Assembly: GCA_964362185.1 (NCBI GenBank)
Contig: CAYIDS010000001.1
Location: 1-25,897 of the forward strand
DNA from: an uncultured Candidatus Saccharimonas sp.
Lineage (GTDB): Bacteria; Patescibacteriota; Saccharimonadia; Saccharimonadales; OMJO01
Direction of reading: 5' to 3'
Length of the DNA: 25,897 nt
The notes below the pieces were generated by a model. The model worked only from the letters and a program-made list of their open reading frames with translations. It searched no databases and was not told where the DNA came from. This document shows, in pieces, positions 24,931-25,897 of the stretch. The position numbers were made by a program, and so were the translations under genes. Positions within the stretch are counted from its first letter, which is position 1. Each line of letters starts with the position of its first letter.

Positions 24931-25897
24931 ATGTCAGAAACAACAGCACTTATTATCGGCGATGGTGGCAGGGAGCACGCTCTAGGACTGGCAGTTTCGC
25001 CAGATGTAGACAGAGTCTACTTTACTCCAGGAAATGCTGGTACTGAACAGGTAGAAAATGGTACCAACTTGCCACCGGGCGACCCTGTCGAATTTGCCAA
25101 AGCAAACCAGGTAGACTTGACTATCATTGGTCCTGAAGCCCCGCTGGTAGCTGGTGTAGCTGATCGTTTGCGAGCTGAAGGTTTGACTGTGTTTGGACCT
25201 GATGCAGGTGCAGCCCGATTGGAATCAAGCAAAATATTCGCCTGCGGCTTTATGGGCAGGCATGGAATACGATACCCAGCCACCAGTTTGCTGAGAGACC
25301 CAACAAAAATTGTCGCTGCCACGGATTGTATAAATACGCTAGATGTTGTGCTGAAGGCCGACGGGTTGGCAGGTGGTAAAGGCGTAGTTTTGCCCGACAC
25401 GTTTGAAGAAATGCAACAAGTTCTATATGGCATGTTGACGGGAGAGCTGTTTGATGGTGCTGGTAAAAATGCTGTGCTCATGCAAGAACGTTTGTCTGGT
25501 CCTGAAGTATCAGTGTTTGTGATAAGCGACGGGGAAAACTTTACCATCTTGCCGTATTGCCAAGACCACAAGAGACTAAAAGACGGCGATATAGGACCAA
25601 ATACAGGTGGCATGGGAGCATATGCACCAGTTCCAGACTATATGATTAGCGAGCAACAATGTGCACAAATTTACGAAATAGCCGAGAAGAGCATCGCTGG
25701 TATGAAAGCTGACGGCATACCATACAAGGGTGTTCTGTACATGGGGTTGATGCTGGCAGACCAGTACGACGGTGCACCGACAGTTATTGAGTATAATGTC
25801 CGATTCGGTGACCCAGAGGCCCAAGTTGTATTGCCGATTCTGGGGCAAGCAGGCGTCAGTACCTATGAACTACTGGGGTCCAGTGATCATAAATTAG
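24931..25897 (+). CDS. purD: Phosphoribosylamine--glycine ligase, 3' end beyond window
   Basis: Not in the ORF track. Manual translation: MSETTALIIGDGGREHAL, GPEAPLVAG, LESSKIF, KADGLAGGKGV, QDHKRL.DGD.GPNTGGMGAY, EYNVRFGDPE. GGAG SD. Confidence 0.96.
   Translation, partial: MSETTALIIGDGGREHALGLAVSPDVDRVYFTPGNAGTEQVENGTNLPPGDPVEFAKANQVDLTIIGPEAPLVAGVADRLRAEGLTVFGPDAGAARLESSKIFACGFMGRHGIRYPATSLLRDPTKIVAATDCINTLDVVLKADGLAGGKGVVLPDTFEEMQQVLYGMLTGELFDGAGKNAVLMQERLSGPEVSVFVISDGENFTILPYCQDHKRLKDGDIGPNTGGMGAYAPVPDYMISEQQCAQIYEIAEKSIAGMKADGIPYKGVLYMGLMLADQYDGAPTVIEYNVRFGDPEAQVVLPILGQAGVSTYELLGSSDHKL

Noticed and set aside
25017-25848. Minus-strand ORFs of 198 aa and 90 aa
   Set aside because: Antisense shadows of purD.

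Overview
Probably a Patescibacteria/CPR chromosome segment, likely Saccharibacteria-like; this is inferred from gene content and style, not shown. Left arm (1-9127) is housekeeping: partial PAP2/AUR1-like membrane protein, RRM RNA-binding protein, Ddl-like ATP-grasp ligase, DUF1861/MTP-1-like beta-propeller, alpha/beta hydrolase and a cyoABCD quinol oxidase operon. That oxidase appears to have lost both K-channel residues, and its CyoD is fused to a His-rich cupredoxin-like domain. The centre (about 9139-22706) is an integration hotspot downstream of tRNA-Gln(CTG) with stacked tRNA 3'-end scars. An older region of about 9.3 kb carries an EamA transporter, a DUF3892 / 3-TM / TIR(ThsB-like) operon and a 1217-aa tandem double-MutS ATPase. 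A 3.9-kb large-serine-recombinase (LSR) element carries an FxLYD protein and a Panacea/RelE-like pair. The most striking structure is in this element. The att core (TTGGCT) lies inside the recombinase reading frame, so the integrated gene takes its C-terminus from the antisense strand of the tRNA. An intact inverted attP-like junction inside the element encodes the alternative C-terminus and places both the cargo and the recombinase between inverted repeats. The right arm holds a SAM-I-clan riboswitch with metK, a Cu/Zn SOD with a small upstream membrane ORF, and partial purD.
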